A DNA stretch of 64,000 nucleotides, from the NCBI GenBank assembly GCA_030390025.1, contig CM059432.1, positions 13,764,001-13,828,000 on the forward strand, given 5' to 3'. Position numbers and translations under genes: made by a program. Below are positions 1 through 13,540 of the stretch, piece after piece; position 1 is the first letter of the stretch, and each line of letters starts with the position of its first letter. Under the pieces are notes generated by a model that ran no database searches, was not told the DNA's origin, and saw nothing but the letters and a program-made list of their open reading frames with translations. The DNA comes from Squalus acanthias (taxonomy: Eukaryota).

Positions 1-520
1 CATCAACCCTCTCTTACTTCATCAAAGCACTCAATCAAGTTTGTCAGATACAATTTGTCTTTAACAAATCTGTGCTGGCTGTTATTTATTAACCCATTTT
101 TTTCCCAAGTGACAATTAATTTTGTCCCGGATTATGGTCTCTAGAAGTTCCCCCACCACCGACATTAGACTGGGCGGCCTGTAGTTACCCCTTTCCCCCC
201 ACCCCCGCTTTTAAAAAAAAAACAGGGGTGTAACATTTGCGACCCTCTGGCACCACTCCCATATCCAACAAGGATTGAAAGATTGTGGCCAGAGCCTCCG
301 CTAGTTCCATCCGTACTTTCCTAAGCAACTTAGGATGCATCCTATCCGGACCGGGTGACTTTTCTACTTTGAGCACTACCAATCTTTTAAGTACTTCCCC
401 TTTATCTATTCTTATCCTATCTAATTTCTCTACCCCTCCTCCTTTACTGCGACATTGGCAGCATCCTCTCCTTTTGTGAAGACATATGCAACATACTCAT
501 TTAGTACCTCAGCCATGCCA
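1..520 (-). mobile_element. CR1 LINE fragment (ORF2, pre-RT/RT N-terminal region)
   Basis: Minus-strand translation contains KSPGPDRMHPKLL...LAEALATIFQSLLDMGVVPE, a typical CR1 ORF2 segment; frameshifted; runs off the window start. Confidence 0.85.
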
Positions 521-1039
521 AATATAATTTAACCGAGTACATGAAGTTCAATGAAGGATAGAGGCCAGGCCGTTAAGCCACAGGACTCCATACCATGGTT
601 GTACAATTCAAGTACAGTGAGGCTGTGCCAACAGCAGTTGGAGACAGGCTCATAACTTCACTCACACTTAGCTGTGGCTGCATGCCAATCATTTTTCACC
701 CTAGAGCTGTAGAAGCTAACTATGACCTCTGTAAAATGGAGATCTCTGAAAGATTAGGGACTGGAAAGTGCACGGCATCTCAGTGTGTTCTTGCCACACA
801 CAGATTTGTGCCAATGGACACATGCCTTGAAGCTCAATTTTAAGATTGCAAAAATAAAAAAAATGGAGTTTGGCACAGTGACGACTATCTAAAGAACGTG
901 TTAAAGATGCAGGTTAAAATCAGGACTTTTAAGGAGGCCTAGATATAGCGAGAAATTATAAAATTCATCTGGAGCCATTTCCGGTCTGAGTTCTAGAAAA
1001 ATTATTACTCTTCAAAGTAGAGATAACCTCAGCAAAATA

Positions 1040-2620
1040 CTTGCATTCACATAGCGACCTTAACATAGTAAACCGCCCCACGGCAATTCATAGGAACGTA
1101 AACAGACAAAAAATTGGCCCCGAACCAAAGAAGGAGACATTGGGACAGGCGAACAAAAGCTTGGTCTAAGAGCTCAAGTTTATGAAGGGTAGAAGATGTG
1201 TAGCCGGTCAGGAGAGTATTGGAATAGTCGAATTTGGAGGTAACAAAAGCAAGGATGAGGTAGGGTTTTAAGGAGCATCTTAAAGGAGAAAGGTGGAGAG
1301 GCGGAGAGGTTTAGGGAGGGAATTACAGGTCTTGGGGCTGAGACAGCTGAAGGCACGACCGTCAATGGTGGGCGAAGGAAGTCGGGGATGCACAAGAGGC
1401 CAGAATGGGAGGGATGCAGAGTTCTCAGAATGTGGTCAGCTGGAGGAGGTTACGGAGATAGCGAGAGGCATGGCTATGGAGGGATTTGAACACAAGAATG
1501 AGAATTTTAAATTCGAGGCATTGGTGGATCAGGAGCCATTGTAGCACAAGGGTGATGGGTGAATGGGAGTTGGTGCGAGTTAGATTAAGGGCAGCAGAGT
1601 TTTAGATGAACTCAAGTTTATGAAGGGTAGAAGATGGGTAGCCGACCAGGAGAGTATTCAAATAGTCGCGTCTGGAGGTAACAAAAGCAAGGAAGTTTCA
1701 TAGTAAATGGGTTGGGGCTGAGGCAGAGATTGGCAATATTACAGAGGCGGTCTTGGTAATGGAGCGGGTATGGGGTCCGAAGCTCAGGTCAGAGTCAAAT
1801 AGAGCGCAGGCGTTGTGAACAGTCTTGTTCAGCTTGAGACAGTGACCATGGAGGGGGATGGAATCGCTGGCTAGGGAATGGAGTTTGTGGTGTGGGGGAG
1901 GGGCAAAGACAATGGCTTTGGTGTTCCCAATGTTTAATTGGAAGAAATTTCTGCTCATCCAGTAGTGGATTTGGACAAGCAGCCTGACAACACAAAGGCA
2001 ATGGAGGGGTCAAGAGAGGTGATGGAAAGGTAGAGATGGGGGTCACCAGCATACACTTGGAACCTGACGTTGTGTTTTCAGCTGATGTTGCAGAGGGGCA
2101 GCATTTAGATGAAAAATAGGAGGGGATCAAGGATAGATCCTTGGGGGACTCCAGAGTTAAGGATGCAGGAGTGGAAAGAGAAGCCATTGCAGGAGATTCT
2201 CTGGCTACGACTGGATAGATAAGAATATTAGGAGAGGGAAGTCCCACTCAGCTAGACAACAGGAGGATAACGTGGTCAACAGTGTTGAAGGCAGTAGACA
2301 GGTCGAGAAGGAGGAGCAGGGATAGTGCACCATGATCACAGTCACGTACTATGTCAGTTATGACTGATTAAGGCCATTTCAGTGCTGTGGCAGGGGCGGA
2401 AACCTAATTGGAGAGGTTCAAACAGAGTTGCTCTATGGAAACATGAGGTGACAACACGTTCAAAGGCTTTGGACAGGAAAGGAGGTTGGAGATCGGGCGA
2501 TAGTTGGCAAGGACAGAGGGGTCAAAGGTAGGTTAATGAGGAGGGGCTTGATGATAGATTTGAAAGGGGGTGGGGAGGACAGTACCAGAGGAGAGGGAAC
2601 CGTTTCCAATATCAGCAGCA
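1040..2620 (-). mobile_element. L2 LINE 3' fragment (decayed RT C-terminus + 3' tail)
   Basis: MSRNFFQLNIGNTKAIVF...HCLKLNKTVHN; the 3' tail matches the other L2 copies at 4648, 37513 and 60353. Confidence 0.85.
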
Positions 2621-2829
2621 CAGAACCATGAGATTTTTTTAATAGCTATTTTCAAATCTGTCAGTGATCACAGGGTTAAAATAAAAATAATGGAACAAGA
2701 ATAGGCCTCAGCCAGTTAAGCAAAAGAAAATTCCCCACTCTGAAGTAGATAGAAATATCCTACTGTGAAGATCGACAGAAACATTTAGTACAAGCAACTT
2801 GCCACGTACAAGAGGGGATAAGTGTCTGC

Positions 2830-3175
2830 TCGGCTCAGTGGCATTCTCACTTCTGAGTCAGAGAGCTGTGGGTTCAAGCCCCACTCTAGGATTTGAGCAT
2901 AATCTAGGCTGACACTTCACTGCAGTACACAAGCAGTATACAATGTCTGAAGGGTCATCTTTCAGCTGTGACGATAAACTGAGTCCGTCTGCATATTCAG
3001 GTGGACATAAAAGATTGCATGGCACTTTCTCCTCGTGTCCTGGTCAATATTCACCCATAAATCAACACCACCAGCTCGCTCATCTTACTGCGGTTTGCTG
3101 TTGTCAAACTGGTTGCTGCTTTTGCCTGCAAAACAGTGACTACAGCGCAAAAGTAATTCAGTGGCTATGAAGCTA
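2830..3175 (+). mobile_element. tRNA-derived Deu-domain SINE (SacSINE1/DeuSINE-like), decayed
   Basis: GGCTCAGTGG (A box) and GGTTCAAGCCC (B box), followed by a body homologous to the copies at 32410 and 42620. Confidence 0.8.
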
Positions 3176-3189
3176 CAGTGGCAGAAGGT

Positions 3190-3450
3190 AATCTGGAATA
3201 GGAAGGGTTCCTACTTCATGATTAATACCTAGTGACCCCAGCTGGAAAGCTTACATATTTGTGTGGATATCAGGTGAAAACAGGATCGGCCTAGCTGTGA
3301 TTCTCCCAAGTCGAATAGCATGCCAACACTCATTACCGAAGCTCACACAAGAAGGTGGCGCCTTTGGTTGAGGTATCAGAGGGCCATTGTCACCTGTAGT
3401 ATTGTATCTTACCAAATAGCTCAAATCCTCAGTAGATTAAGAGGAGAATG
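3190..3450 (+). repeat. Old unclassified SINE-like repeat (copy 1 of 4)
   Basis: Shares CAGGTGA..ACAGGATC.GGC.T.GCTGTGAT...GAATAG...CTCACAC..GAA...TTGG.TGAGGTA with 18335-18625, 23215-23490 and 50510-51002. Confidence 0.55.
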
Positions 3451-3504
3451 CCAAGCAGAAGAAAACTATTAAGAAACACAAAGAACAAAAAAGGAGGGAC
3501 ATAA

Positions 3505-3770
3505 GGCTATTTTGGGGCATGCAATTCCCTTTTAAAAAGAGAACTTATAGACTCTGCTTCAACAATGTAGCAGAGAATTCCAAACACGAACCACCTACTG
3601 TGATTTTTTTTCCCAACCTCCCACTTTAATTTTTTTGTGATTAACTTAAATTTGTGCCCTTTTGTTACTGTTTCACTGACTACTGGAAGCAATCTATCAC
3701 CTTATCATAATAACGCTTCATAATCGTGAAGACATCTATTAGGTCACCCTTAATGTCCTCAGCTCTGGTG
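3505..3770 (-). mobile_element. CR1 LINE 3' end fragment, old
   Basis: TKGHKFKL...VEAESISSLFKREL, a degenerate CR1 C-terminal motif (TRGH..KL...FK.ELD). Confidence 0.7.
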
Positions 3771-4094
3771 AAAAAGCAGGTCATTGATGTGCAGGCTCTA
3801 TGCAAACATCCCTCAGCAGAAAACTGTTCTTGCATCAACAAAATGTTTTTGTTAATGATATTGATCCTTCAATCACGTGATCCAGAGTTCTGCTTTACAC
3901 TGACAACTGATGTGTATATACACTGATGCTGTGCCACCTTCACTATGGAATACAGCTTAATTCAAATAATCGACATTTTTAAGCACCAAATTCACACTTT
4001 GCTGTGATATTTATGTTGCTCAATTCAAATTATTGGATAATTCCATTTTTCTTTGAAGTGTAAGAAAGGACTTCAAATGATCAGAAATAGATTA

Positions 4095-4647
4095 TCCTCC
4101 GCTTGACCTTCAACGGCATCACCATTGACTAGAAGTTTATCTGGACCAGCCATATCAATACAGAGACTACAAGCAGGACAAAGGTTAGATACTCTGAAAT
4201 AAGTGGCTCACCTCGTGAACCTTTAAAGTCTTTCCACTATCTAGAAGGCTCAAATCAGGAGTGTGATGGAAACTCAGCACTCGCCTGGACAAATGCAGCT
4301 GGAACAACATTCAAGGTTCTCAACATCATCCAGGACAGAGCAGTCCACCTGATTGATGCTCCTGCTACTGGAATCAATATCAAACTCCTCTGTACTGTGG
4401 CTGCAGTATGTACTGTCTGCAAAATGTACTGTCTGCAAAATGTACTGCAGCAACTCACCAAGGTTACTTTGACACAGCTTCCAGCTTCTACCACTGAGAA
4501 GGATAAGAGCAGAAAAATCTTGGGAATATCACTTCCTAGTTCCCAAGTAACACGCCACCTTGACTTGGGCATATACCGCCATTCTTTCATTGTTGCTAGG
4601 TTAAAATCCTGGAATTCCCTACATAACACCATTATAAGAGCATCAAC
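4095..4647 (+). mobile_element. Fragment of the second CR1-group LINE family (3' region)
   Basis: Homologous to 47640-48230 of the long copy; contains a 16-bp tandem duplication at 4408-4439. Confidence 0.75.
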
Positions 4648-5262
4648 AACTTTCAATTATATAGCGCCTTTAACATAGTAAAATGTCCCAAGGCGCCTCA
4701 CAGAAGCATTAACAAACAAAATTTGACACCGAGCCACACAAGAAGATATTAGGACAGGACAGGGGACCAAAAGCTTGGCCAAAGAGGTAGATTTTAAGGA
4801 ATGTCTTAAAGGAGGAGTGGTAGAAGGCAGAGAGGTTTAGGGAGGCAATTCCAGAGCTTAGGGCCTAGGCAGCTGAAGGCACGGCCACCAATGCTGGAGC
4901 AATTAAAATCGGGGATGCGCAAGATGCCAGAATTGGAGGAGCGCAGAGATCTCATGGAGTTTTAGGAGATTTCAGAGATAGGGAGTGGCAAGGCCATGGA
5001 AGGATTTGAAAACAAGGATGATAATTTTAAAATCAAGGCGTTGCTGGACCGGGAGCCAATGTAGGTAAGTGAGCACAGGTGTGATGGCTGAATGGGATTT
5101 GGTGTGAGTTAGGATATGAGCAGAGAGTTTTGAATGAGCTGAAGTTTATGGAGGGTGGAAGATGGGAGGTCAGCCAAGAGAGCATTGGAATAGTCAAGTC
5201 TAGAGGTAACAAAGGCATGGATGAGCTGAGGCAGGAGCAGAGACAGGTGATGGTACGGAGGT
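4648..5262 (-). mobile_element. L2 LINE 3' fragment
   Basis: [33 protein letters not shown], a diagnostic L2 ORF2 C-terminal motif, plus the L2 tail. Confidence 0.88.
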
Positions 5263-5639
5263 AGAAACCAGCACAAGGACTGAAGTGGCTCAAGGAGAAG
5301 GCCAGTCACCACCTTCTCAGGGCAACTAGGGATAGGCAATAAATATAGCTTTCGAAGTATCGCCCATATCTTTCTGAAATTCTTCATGTACTACATGTCC
5401 CATTGGATTTCTATTAAAAAACACAATATACTGGGATACAAAAAACTATTTCCATTTGGGAAATAATGCAAATTATGAAAATACATCACTAGGATGATAA
5501 TAAATATAACTACTACTCAGTCCTAAAAAAAAAATCAGAGCAACAATCCACTGCAAGCCCATTCTTTCATTCCATCACCATAACAAACTCAAAACCAGAA
5601 ATATAGGGAGGTTTTCGGGTTCCAGAATGTGAGTTAGTG

Positions 5640-6235
5640 ATATGCCCCAGGAATGTGTGCTGGAACTGTTGTATTTTCCATTTATATAAAAGTTCATAGC
5701 ACAAGTGGTATCAAAGTTTCCTAATGATAAAATAAGGAGGCACAGTAAATGGTTAGGAAGAATATAGGAAGATAGACAGGTGGGTATACATGAAGCAGGT
5801 GCAGATAAATGTGTAATACATTTTGGAAAAAAGAAAAGTGAAAGAAAGTATGGTCTGTGTGGCAAGATTCTTAAGAGTGGAAGAACAAAGACAATCAGGA
5901 TTGCTGATATACAGGTCTTTAAAACGGTAGGAGTAGAGGTAGAAAAGGCCATAAAAAAGGCAAGTGGGATTCTGGGTTTTAGAAATAGGGACATTGAATA
6001 CACAAGCAAGGACTTTGATTTGTTACAGAAAGAATAAACAATGAAGTTAGAAGAAATTGTTCCATACAGAAGGTTATTAGAACAAGCATTGCTTTATGAC
6101 AAGTGGCTATTGAGGTAGAAAGAATAACCTCTTTTAAAAAGAACTGGATAAGCATTTGAAAAAGAATTTAAGAGGTTACAGGGAAATGGAATTAAGAGTT
6201 GACAGCTCCAGTTGAAGAGCTTACAATTGCCCAGG
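5640..6235 (+). mobile_element. CR1 LINE fragment, highly decayed
   Basis: DKCVIHFGKK...VEKAIKKASGILGFRNRDIEY. Confidence 0.75.
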
Positions 6236-6249
6236 TGCTATGCATCAAA

Positions 6250-9200
6250 TAAGAACATAAGAAATAGGAGCAGGAGTAGGCCATTCGGCCCCTCGAGCCT
6301 GCTCCGCCATTCAATAAGATCATGGCTGATCTTCTACTTCATCTCCACTTACCTGCACTATCCCCATATCCCTTGATTCCCTTAATATTTAAAAGTCTAT
6401 CGATCTCTGTCTTTAATATACTCAACGACTGAGCCTCCACAGCCCTCTGGGGGAGAGAATTCCAAAGATTCATCACCTCAGTGAAGAAATTTCTCCTCAT
6501 CTCAGTCCTAAATGGCCGACCCCTTATTCTGAGACTATGACCCCTGGTTCTAGACTCCCCAGCCAGGGGAAACATCCTCCCTGCATCTATCCTGTCAAAC
6601 CCGGTAAGAATTTTGTATGTTTCAATGAGATCACCTCATCTTTCTAAACTCCAGAGAATATAGGCCTAGTCTACTCAATCTCTCCTCAAAAGGACAATCC
6701 CCCCATTCCAAGAATCAGTCTGGTGAACCTTCATTGCACTCCCTCTATGGCAAGTATACCCTTCCTTAGGTAAGGAGACCAAAACTGTACACAATACTCC
6801 AGGGTCCTATATAATTGCAGTAAGACATCTTTACTCTTATACTCAAATCCTCTTGTAATAAAGGCCAACATACCATTTGCTTTCTTAATTGCTTGCTGTA
6901 CCTGCATGTTAACTTTCAGTGATTCGTGTACAAGGACACCCAGATCCCTCTAAACACCAACATTTCCCAATCTCTCATCATTTAAAAAATACTCTGCTTT
7001 TCTATTTTTCCAACCAAAGTGGATAACTTCACATTATATTCCATTTGCCATGTTCTTGCCCACTCACTTAGCCTATCTATATCCCCTTGAAGCCTCTTTG
7101 CATCCTCTTCACAACTTACATTCCCACCTAGCTTTGTATCATCAGCAAACTTGGATATATTACATTTGGTCCCCTCATCCAAATCATTGATATAGATTGT
7201 GAATAGCTGAGGCCCAAGCACTGATCCTTGCGGTACCCCACTAGTTACAGCCTGCCAACCTGAAAATGAACCGTTTATTCCTACTCTCTTAACTAATCCT
7301 CAATCCATGCTAGTATATTACCCCCAATCCCATGAGCCCTAATTTTGTTTAACAACCTTTTGTGTGGCACCTTATCGAATGCCTTCTGAAAATCCAAATA
7401 CTCCAGATCCACTGGTTCACCCTCATCTATTCTGCTAGTTACAACCTCAAAAAACTAACAGACTTGTCAAACATTATTTCCCTTTCATAAATCCGTGTTG
7501 ACTCTGCCCAATCCTATTATTATTTTCTAAGTGCCCTGTTACCATGTCCTTAATAATAGATTCTAGCATTTTCCCTACTACTGATGTCAGGCTAACTGGT
7601 CTGTAGTTCCCCGTTTTCTCTCTCCCTACTTTCTTAAATAGTGGGGTTACATTTGCTACCTTCCAATTCGGGGGAAGCGTTCTGGACTCAATGGAATTTT
7701 GGAAGATGACAACCAATGCATCCACTATCTCTATAGCCACCTCTTTCAAAACCTTAAGGTGAAGGCCATCAGGTCCAGGGGATTTATCGGCTTTCAGTCC
7801 CATTAATTTCTCCAGTACTATTTTTTTTTTACTAATACTAATTTCTTTCAGTTCCTCATTCTCACTAGACCCTTAGTTTTCCACTATTTCCGGGAGGTTT
7901 TTTGCGTCTTCTTCCGTGAAGACAGACACAAAGTATTTGTTTAATTTCTCTGCCATTTCCTTATTCCCCATTATAATTTCTCCTATCTCAGCCTGTAAGG
8001 GACTCACATTTACTTTTGCTAACTTTTCTTTTTACATATCTATAGAAGCTTTTACAGTCTGTTTTTTATGTCTCGCGCTAGTTTACTCTCATATTCTATT
8101 TTCCCTTTCTTTATCAAATTCTTGGTCCTCCTTTGCTGAATTCTAAAATCCTCCCAATCCTCAGGCTTACACTGCTCTTTTTGGCAACATTATAAGCCTC
8201 TTCCTTTGATCCCATACTATCTTTAACTTTTGTTAGCCACGGTTGGACCACTTTTCCCATAGGGTTTCTGTACCTTAAAGGAATGGATATTTGTTGCAAA
8301 TTATGTATTAATTCTTGTAGCTGCAGTGCATCTTGTAGATGGTACACACTGCAGCGGTGGTGCAGGGAGTGAATGTTTAAGGTGGTGGATGGAGTGCCAA
8401 TCAAGCGGGCTTTGTCCTGGATGGTGTCAAGCTTCTTAGTGTTGTTGGAGCTGCACTCATCCAGGCAAGTGGAGAGAATTAACCCTCTCATTGCACAATA
8501 CTAGATCTAAAATAGCCGGTTCCCTAGTTGGTTCCGTAACATGCTGATCTAGAAAACTATCTTGCATACATTCCATGAATTTGTCCTCCACACTATTACT
8601 GCAAATTTGATTTGCCCATTCTATATGTAAAGTCCCCCATGATTACTGTATTACCCTTGCTACATACGCCTCTAATTTCCTGATTTATACTCTGCCCTAC
8701 ATTACAACTACTGTTTGGGGGGCCTATAAACAACTCCCACCGATGTTTTCTGTCCCTTGCTGTTTCTTAGCTTCACCCAAACGGATTCTATTTCTTGATT
8801 TTCGGAACTAAGATCCTTTCTCTCTACTGTCTTTATCCCATCCTTTATCATCAGGGCTACCCCTCCTCCTTTTCCATTTTGCCTATCTCTTCTAAAAGTT
8901 AAGTATCCTGGAATATTTAGTTCCCAACCGTGGTCACTTTGCAACCACGTCTCCGTAATGGCTATTAGATCAAACCTATTCATTTCTATCTCCGCTATTA
9001 ATTCATCTATTTTTGTTGCAAATACTTCGCGTATTCAGATATAGTGCCTTTAGCTTTGACTTTTTTCTATTTTTCCCTGATGTCACCTTAGTCACTGATG
9101 CCCTATTACCTTTGTTACTATCTCTGTCCCTTCCTGACCCACTCTGCTTATTTTTACCCAAAACTCGGTTCTGCTCTAGAGCCTTAACATTTCACTTGCT

Positions 9201-9605
9201 GCTTTTAAATTTACTCTTTCCTGAATCCTCCCACCCCCCCCTTCATTAGTTTAAAGCCCCGTCTACTGCCCTAGTTATTCGATTCGCCAGGACACTAAGT
9301 GGAGCCCGACCCAACGGAACAGCTCCCTCTTTCGCCAGTACTGGTGCCATGAAGCAAAACCCCCGCCTCCCATACCACTCAGCCACGCAGTTAACCTTCT
9401 AATCTGCTTATCCCTATGCTAATTCGCGCGTGGCTCTGGTAACAATCCAGAGATGATTACCTTTGAGGTTCTGCTTTTTTAATTTGGACCCCAATTCCTC
9501 AAACTCTCAGCAGAACCTCATTTCTAGTTCTACCTATGTCGTTGGTTCCCACGACAACTGGATCCTCCCCATCCCACTCCAAGTTCTTCTCCAGCAGCGA
9601 GGAGA
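6250..9605 (-). mobile_element. CR1 LINE, long decayed copy (ORF1 esterase end, APE endonuclease, RT, 3' UTR)
   Basis: DLIAITETWL...GGGVAL...VYRPP (endonuclease); KSPGPDGLH; [13 protein letters not shown]; LGPQLFTIYINDL; KFADDTKL; TRGHSLRI; (TTCTTATG)-type tail at ~6250. A fragment of the second LINE family is embedded at ~8318-8475. Confidence 0.93.
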
Positions 9606-10299
9606 GGTTACTGTGTTGTAACTTTTATGATTCTATGAATACTGCAATGTACACACATTGAGTATTCAGTTGCTTACTGGTTTATGAAACCGTATCACTT
9701 GTTAAGAGAGTGGTTTCATGACATTTTTCTAGCGAGTAGAAAAATACTGCAGTTACTCCCATAACTTGAGTTAGCCTCCTACAAAGCTGCTGCCCTGTTA
9801 ATTACTTTGTCTATTAGAAGAAATTCTAAAGAAAAATTTGGAACAACTATCTTTGTAAATGCACAGAAATGTTTTACACTTTAATGGGAATTTCTTTTGC
9901 CTGCACTTGTGCAATGGACAAGCTAAGTAAGGAGAAAACCACGACAGCTGCATCCTTTTTAACATACACTCCATTTTGAACTTGGCAACAAAAATTTATT
10001 TATCTGGCTCTTGGACCCAGGGATTAAGTAGGTTTGGGCTAATTTAGAGGTTCAATCACTAACTATACAAAACAGGAATATTGGATTTGTACACGTTTAC
10101 ATAGCTCCGACACTTTTTGTATAGTAAATGGAATATTGATAAAGGATTAGCACGGCAAAATATAGACTCCCACCACATTACATCACGTGCCTGCCTGCTC
10201 ATGGAAGAACTGGATAATACAACATTTGAGGACTGAACATCTACTGGGTTCTGTTAACCATTTATTTTATTACTTTGCTAAGGAGCTTAAAAGAATTAA

Positions 10300-10642
10300 A
10301 GCACAAAATTCACTGAAGATAGTAGGATAAAGCTCCTTTTACTTTGCCTCAACAATGTGCTGTAGCGGTGACTTCAGATAGCACCTTTACTGTACCAATG
10401 TGACCTTTGTATTTACTCAATCATTTTGACTTCTGTCAGTAAGATTGCCAATTAATGGCAAATTAGCAGTTTATGCTGTGGGCCCATCCCCAAAGTTTGA
10501 GACTACCCAAACTAATTTTATTGGTGCAGCCAGCCTGCCAGCAGAGAGAGAAGCCTCTCATACCATCAATCAGGGTTAAATCTGAACCCTAATCTCAAGA
10601 GCTGAATGAGTGAGTTTTAACCCACTACAAAACCCAATTCCC
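10300..10642 (-). mobile_element. LF-SINE-related ancient tRNA SINE
   Basis: Minus strand has, in order, AAATTAGTTTGGGTAGTCTCA, CCCACAGCATAAAC, AATTTGCCATTAATTGGCAATCTT and GCACATTGTTGAGGCA, matching my recollection of LF-SINE core blocks; not database-verified. Confidence 0.55.
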
Positions 10643-11189
10643 AAGAACAGATTTCTTAAACCAGAAAATTAGAAATTAATACTTGTGCCAGGAGCCATAG
10701 ATCTTCATGTAAAGCAACAATGAAATAAAACAATTACTAATTTATGCTGCAATGAATAATACCAATAATATTTTTTGTGGTGTAGTCAGTCTAGTGACTA
10801 GTCCGTTGATAGGGCTGTGGAGTAATGAGGTGAAAGATGTGACAGAGACCCAACCAAAGGGAATGAATGGCCAGAGTGGGAACCAAAATAATCTTTCAAT
10901 TGTAAATACAGTCGCTACTTCCACATCCTGAACTCTGAGAAAAAACAAGAGATGCATAAGGCAATCTAAAATATTTCTGTTAAGTTATATTTAACTGTTT
11001 TTATGTAATAGGCGGCGACGGAAAACTGTGATAAGAATTTCCTCTGCTGAAATTAATTCTGTTGATTCTTATTCACATGAAAATAAGAAAATTCTATCTA
11101 GATTCCATGAAAAGTAACCAAAGTCAAAATGCTTAAATTAATTTACATGCTAATCTTTCCAAATGGTTCAAAATGTGTTTTTGTTTTAC

Positions 11190-12820
11190 ATAGTATTTAC
11201 AGTACAGAAACAGGGCATTCGGCCCTACAGGTCTATGCCGGTATTTATGCTCCACACGAGCCTTACTTCATCTCAACCTATCTTTCTATTCCCACCTCCC
11301 TCAGAAAACAGCGAGTTGTGGTAAATGGCTGTTTTTCAGACTGGAGGATGGTAGACAGTGGTGTTACCCAAGGGTCAGTGCTGGGGCCACTGCTTTTTTT
11401 GATGTATATATAAATGACCTGGATATTGGAATACAGAGTAGAATTTCTAAATTTGCCGATGACACCAAACTTGGGGGTGTGGCAAACAGTGATGATGATA
11501 TCAATCAACTGCAACAGACATAGAAAGGCTAGCAGAATGGGCAGACAAGTGGCAGATGGAATTTAATAGATAAGTGTGAGGTGATGCATTTTGGCAGAAG
11601 GAACAGGGAGAGGCAATATACACTTAATGGCCCAGTTTTAAAGAGTGTGCAGGGACAGAGGGACCTGGGAGTTAATGTGCATAGGTCCCTGAAGGTGGCA
11701 GGACATATTGAGAGAGTGATTAACAAAGCATATGGGATCTTGGGCTTCAAAAATAGAGGTATTGAGTACAAAAGTAGAGAAGTTATGCTGAACCTTTTTT
11801 CAAGCACTGGTTAGGCCACAACTGGAGTATTGCGTCCAGTTCTGGTCACCACACTTTAGGAAGGATGTGAAGGCCCTTGACAGGGTGCAGAGGAGATTTA
11901 CCAGAATGGTTCCAGGGATGGGGGGATCTTAGCTACAAGGACAGGTTGGAGAAGCTGGATTTGTTTTCATTGGAGCAAAGGAGGTTGAGGGGTGATTTGA
12001 TAGAGGTGTACAAGATTATGACGGGTTTGGATAGGCTAGATGGGGAAAAAGCTGTTCCCAGTAGTTGATGGTACAAGGACTAGGGGACACAGATTTAAGA
12101 TTTTGGGCAAGAGATACAGGGGGGATGTGAAGAAAAACTTTTTTACGCAGCGAGTGGTGATGACCTGGAATTCACTGCCGACGGAAGTGGTGGAAGCGGA
12201 GACACTCAATGTTTTCAAGGGGAGACTGGATAGGCACTTGAGGGAAATAAACTTGCAGGGCTACGGGGATAGAGCGGGGGAATGGGACTGACTGGATTGC
12301 TCTGCAGAGAGCCGGCATGGACTCGATGGGCCTCCTTCTGTGCCGTTATGACTCTCTGACTCTATGTACTTATCTAGCTTTCCCTTAAAATGCATCCATA
12401 CTATTCACCACAATTACTCCATGTGGTAGCAAGTTCCACATTCTAACCATTCTCTGAGTAAAGAAGTTTCTCCTGAATTCCTTACTGGTTTTATTAGTGA
12501 CCATCCTATATTTATGGCCCCTCGTTTTGGACTCCCCCACAAGTGGAAACATCTTCTCTACATCTACCCTATCTAACCCCTTCATAATTTTGAAGACCTC
12601 TAAGGTCACCTTTCAGTCTTCCATTTTCTAGAGAAAAGAGCCCAAGCCGCTTTAGTCTTTCCTGATAGGTTATAACCTCTCAGTTCTGGTATCATCCTTG
12701 TGAATCTTTTTTGCACCTTCTCCAGTGCCTCTATATCCTTTTTGTCATATGGAGACCAGAATTGAGCATAGTACTGTTATGGTTCTATACAAGTTTAACA
12801 TAACTTCTCCGATATTGAAC
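11190..12820 (-). mobile_element. CR1 3' fragment (11190-11295 and 12366-12820) split by a younger CR1
   Basis: The two halves join into the same 3' end seen uninterrupted at 62260-62705; SKTRGHKYRM...RRNFFTQR. Confidence 0.8.
11298..12365 (+). mobile_element. CR1 LINE 3' ~1.07 kb, young subfamily (nested)
   Basis: RKQRVVVNG...GVTQGSVLGPLLF, KFADDTKL, TRGHRFKI; near-identical to 43511-44548; TGACTCT-type tail. Confidence 0.92.
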
Positions 12821-12888
12821 TTTAATTAATTTTATGAAGTTGTACTAAATGAATGATCTGTGACCACACATTTGGACTGCACACTCAC

Positions 12889-12916
12889 TTCTCCCCAAAC
12901 AAATATCGACATAGGT
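12889..12916 (-). other. Candidate 28-nt exon of an unidentified minus-strand gene
   Basis: Minus strand: tatatcccttgcctttgaacag|ACCTATGTCGATATTTGTTTGGGGAGAA|gtgagt; consensus donor, reasonable acceptor; no protein match recognised. Confidence 0.25.
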
Positions 12917-13324
12917 CTGTTCAAAGGCAAGGGATATAGTTTCATCTACTTTAAAAGTGCAATACTCAAGAATAAAAGCCTGGAAATACCAGTAGTACTT
13001 CCTGTAATCTAAATAGCAGATGTAATTGTTTATCCACAAAAGGCATTATCTTATTTACAACAGTTTGAGAAAACTCCTAGAAAATGGGTTATTTTCAGAT
13101 GGGAGGTGCAAGATGTATTCACAAAAAAGCACATACACCAAGACCAGCAAGCTAAAAGGGACATCAGTATTCATATATTTGACCCTTTACCCCCCTCCCC
13201 CTTAGGGGTGGGGTGAGGAGTTTGTGGCATTTGGTGATTCCAATAGAAATATTGATTGAAGTAGCTGAAGAAATGAAAAGTTCTTTGTAACTGGAAACCC
13301 ATAATATTAACCAATGGAAGCAAT

Positions 13325-13540
13325 TGTGAATCTTTGGAATTCTCTACCCCAGAGGGCTGTGGAGGCTCAGTCGTTGAGTATATTCAAGACAGGGATCGAT
13401 AGATTTTTCGATATTAAGGGAATCAAGGGATATGGGGATAGCGCGGTAAGGTGGAGTTGAGGTAGATCAGCCATGATCTTATTGAATGGCAGAGAAGGCT
13501 TGAAGGACTGAATGGTCTACTCCTGCTCCTATTTCTCATG
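13325..13540 (+). mobile_element. CR1 3' terminal fragment
   Basis: GTGAATCTTTGGAATTCTCTACCCCAGAGGGCTGTGGAGGC...CTACTCCTGCTCCTATTTCT, same 3' end as the copies at 6250 and 58450. Confidence 0.88.
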
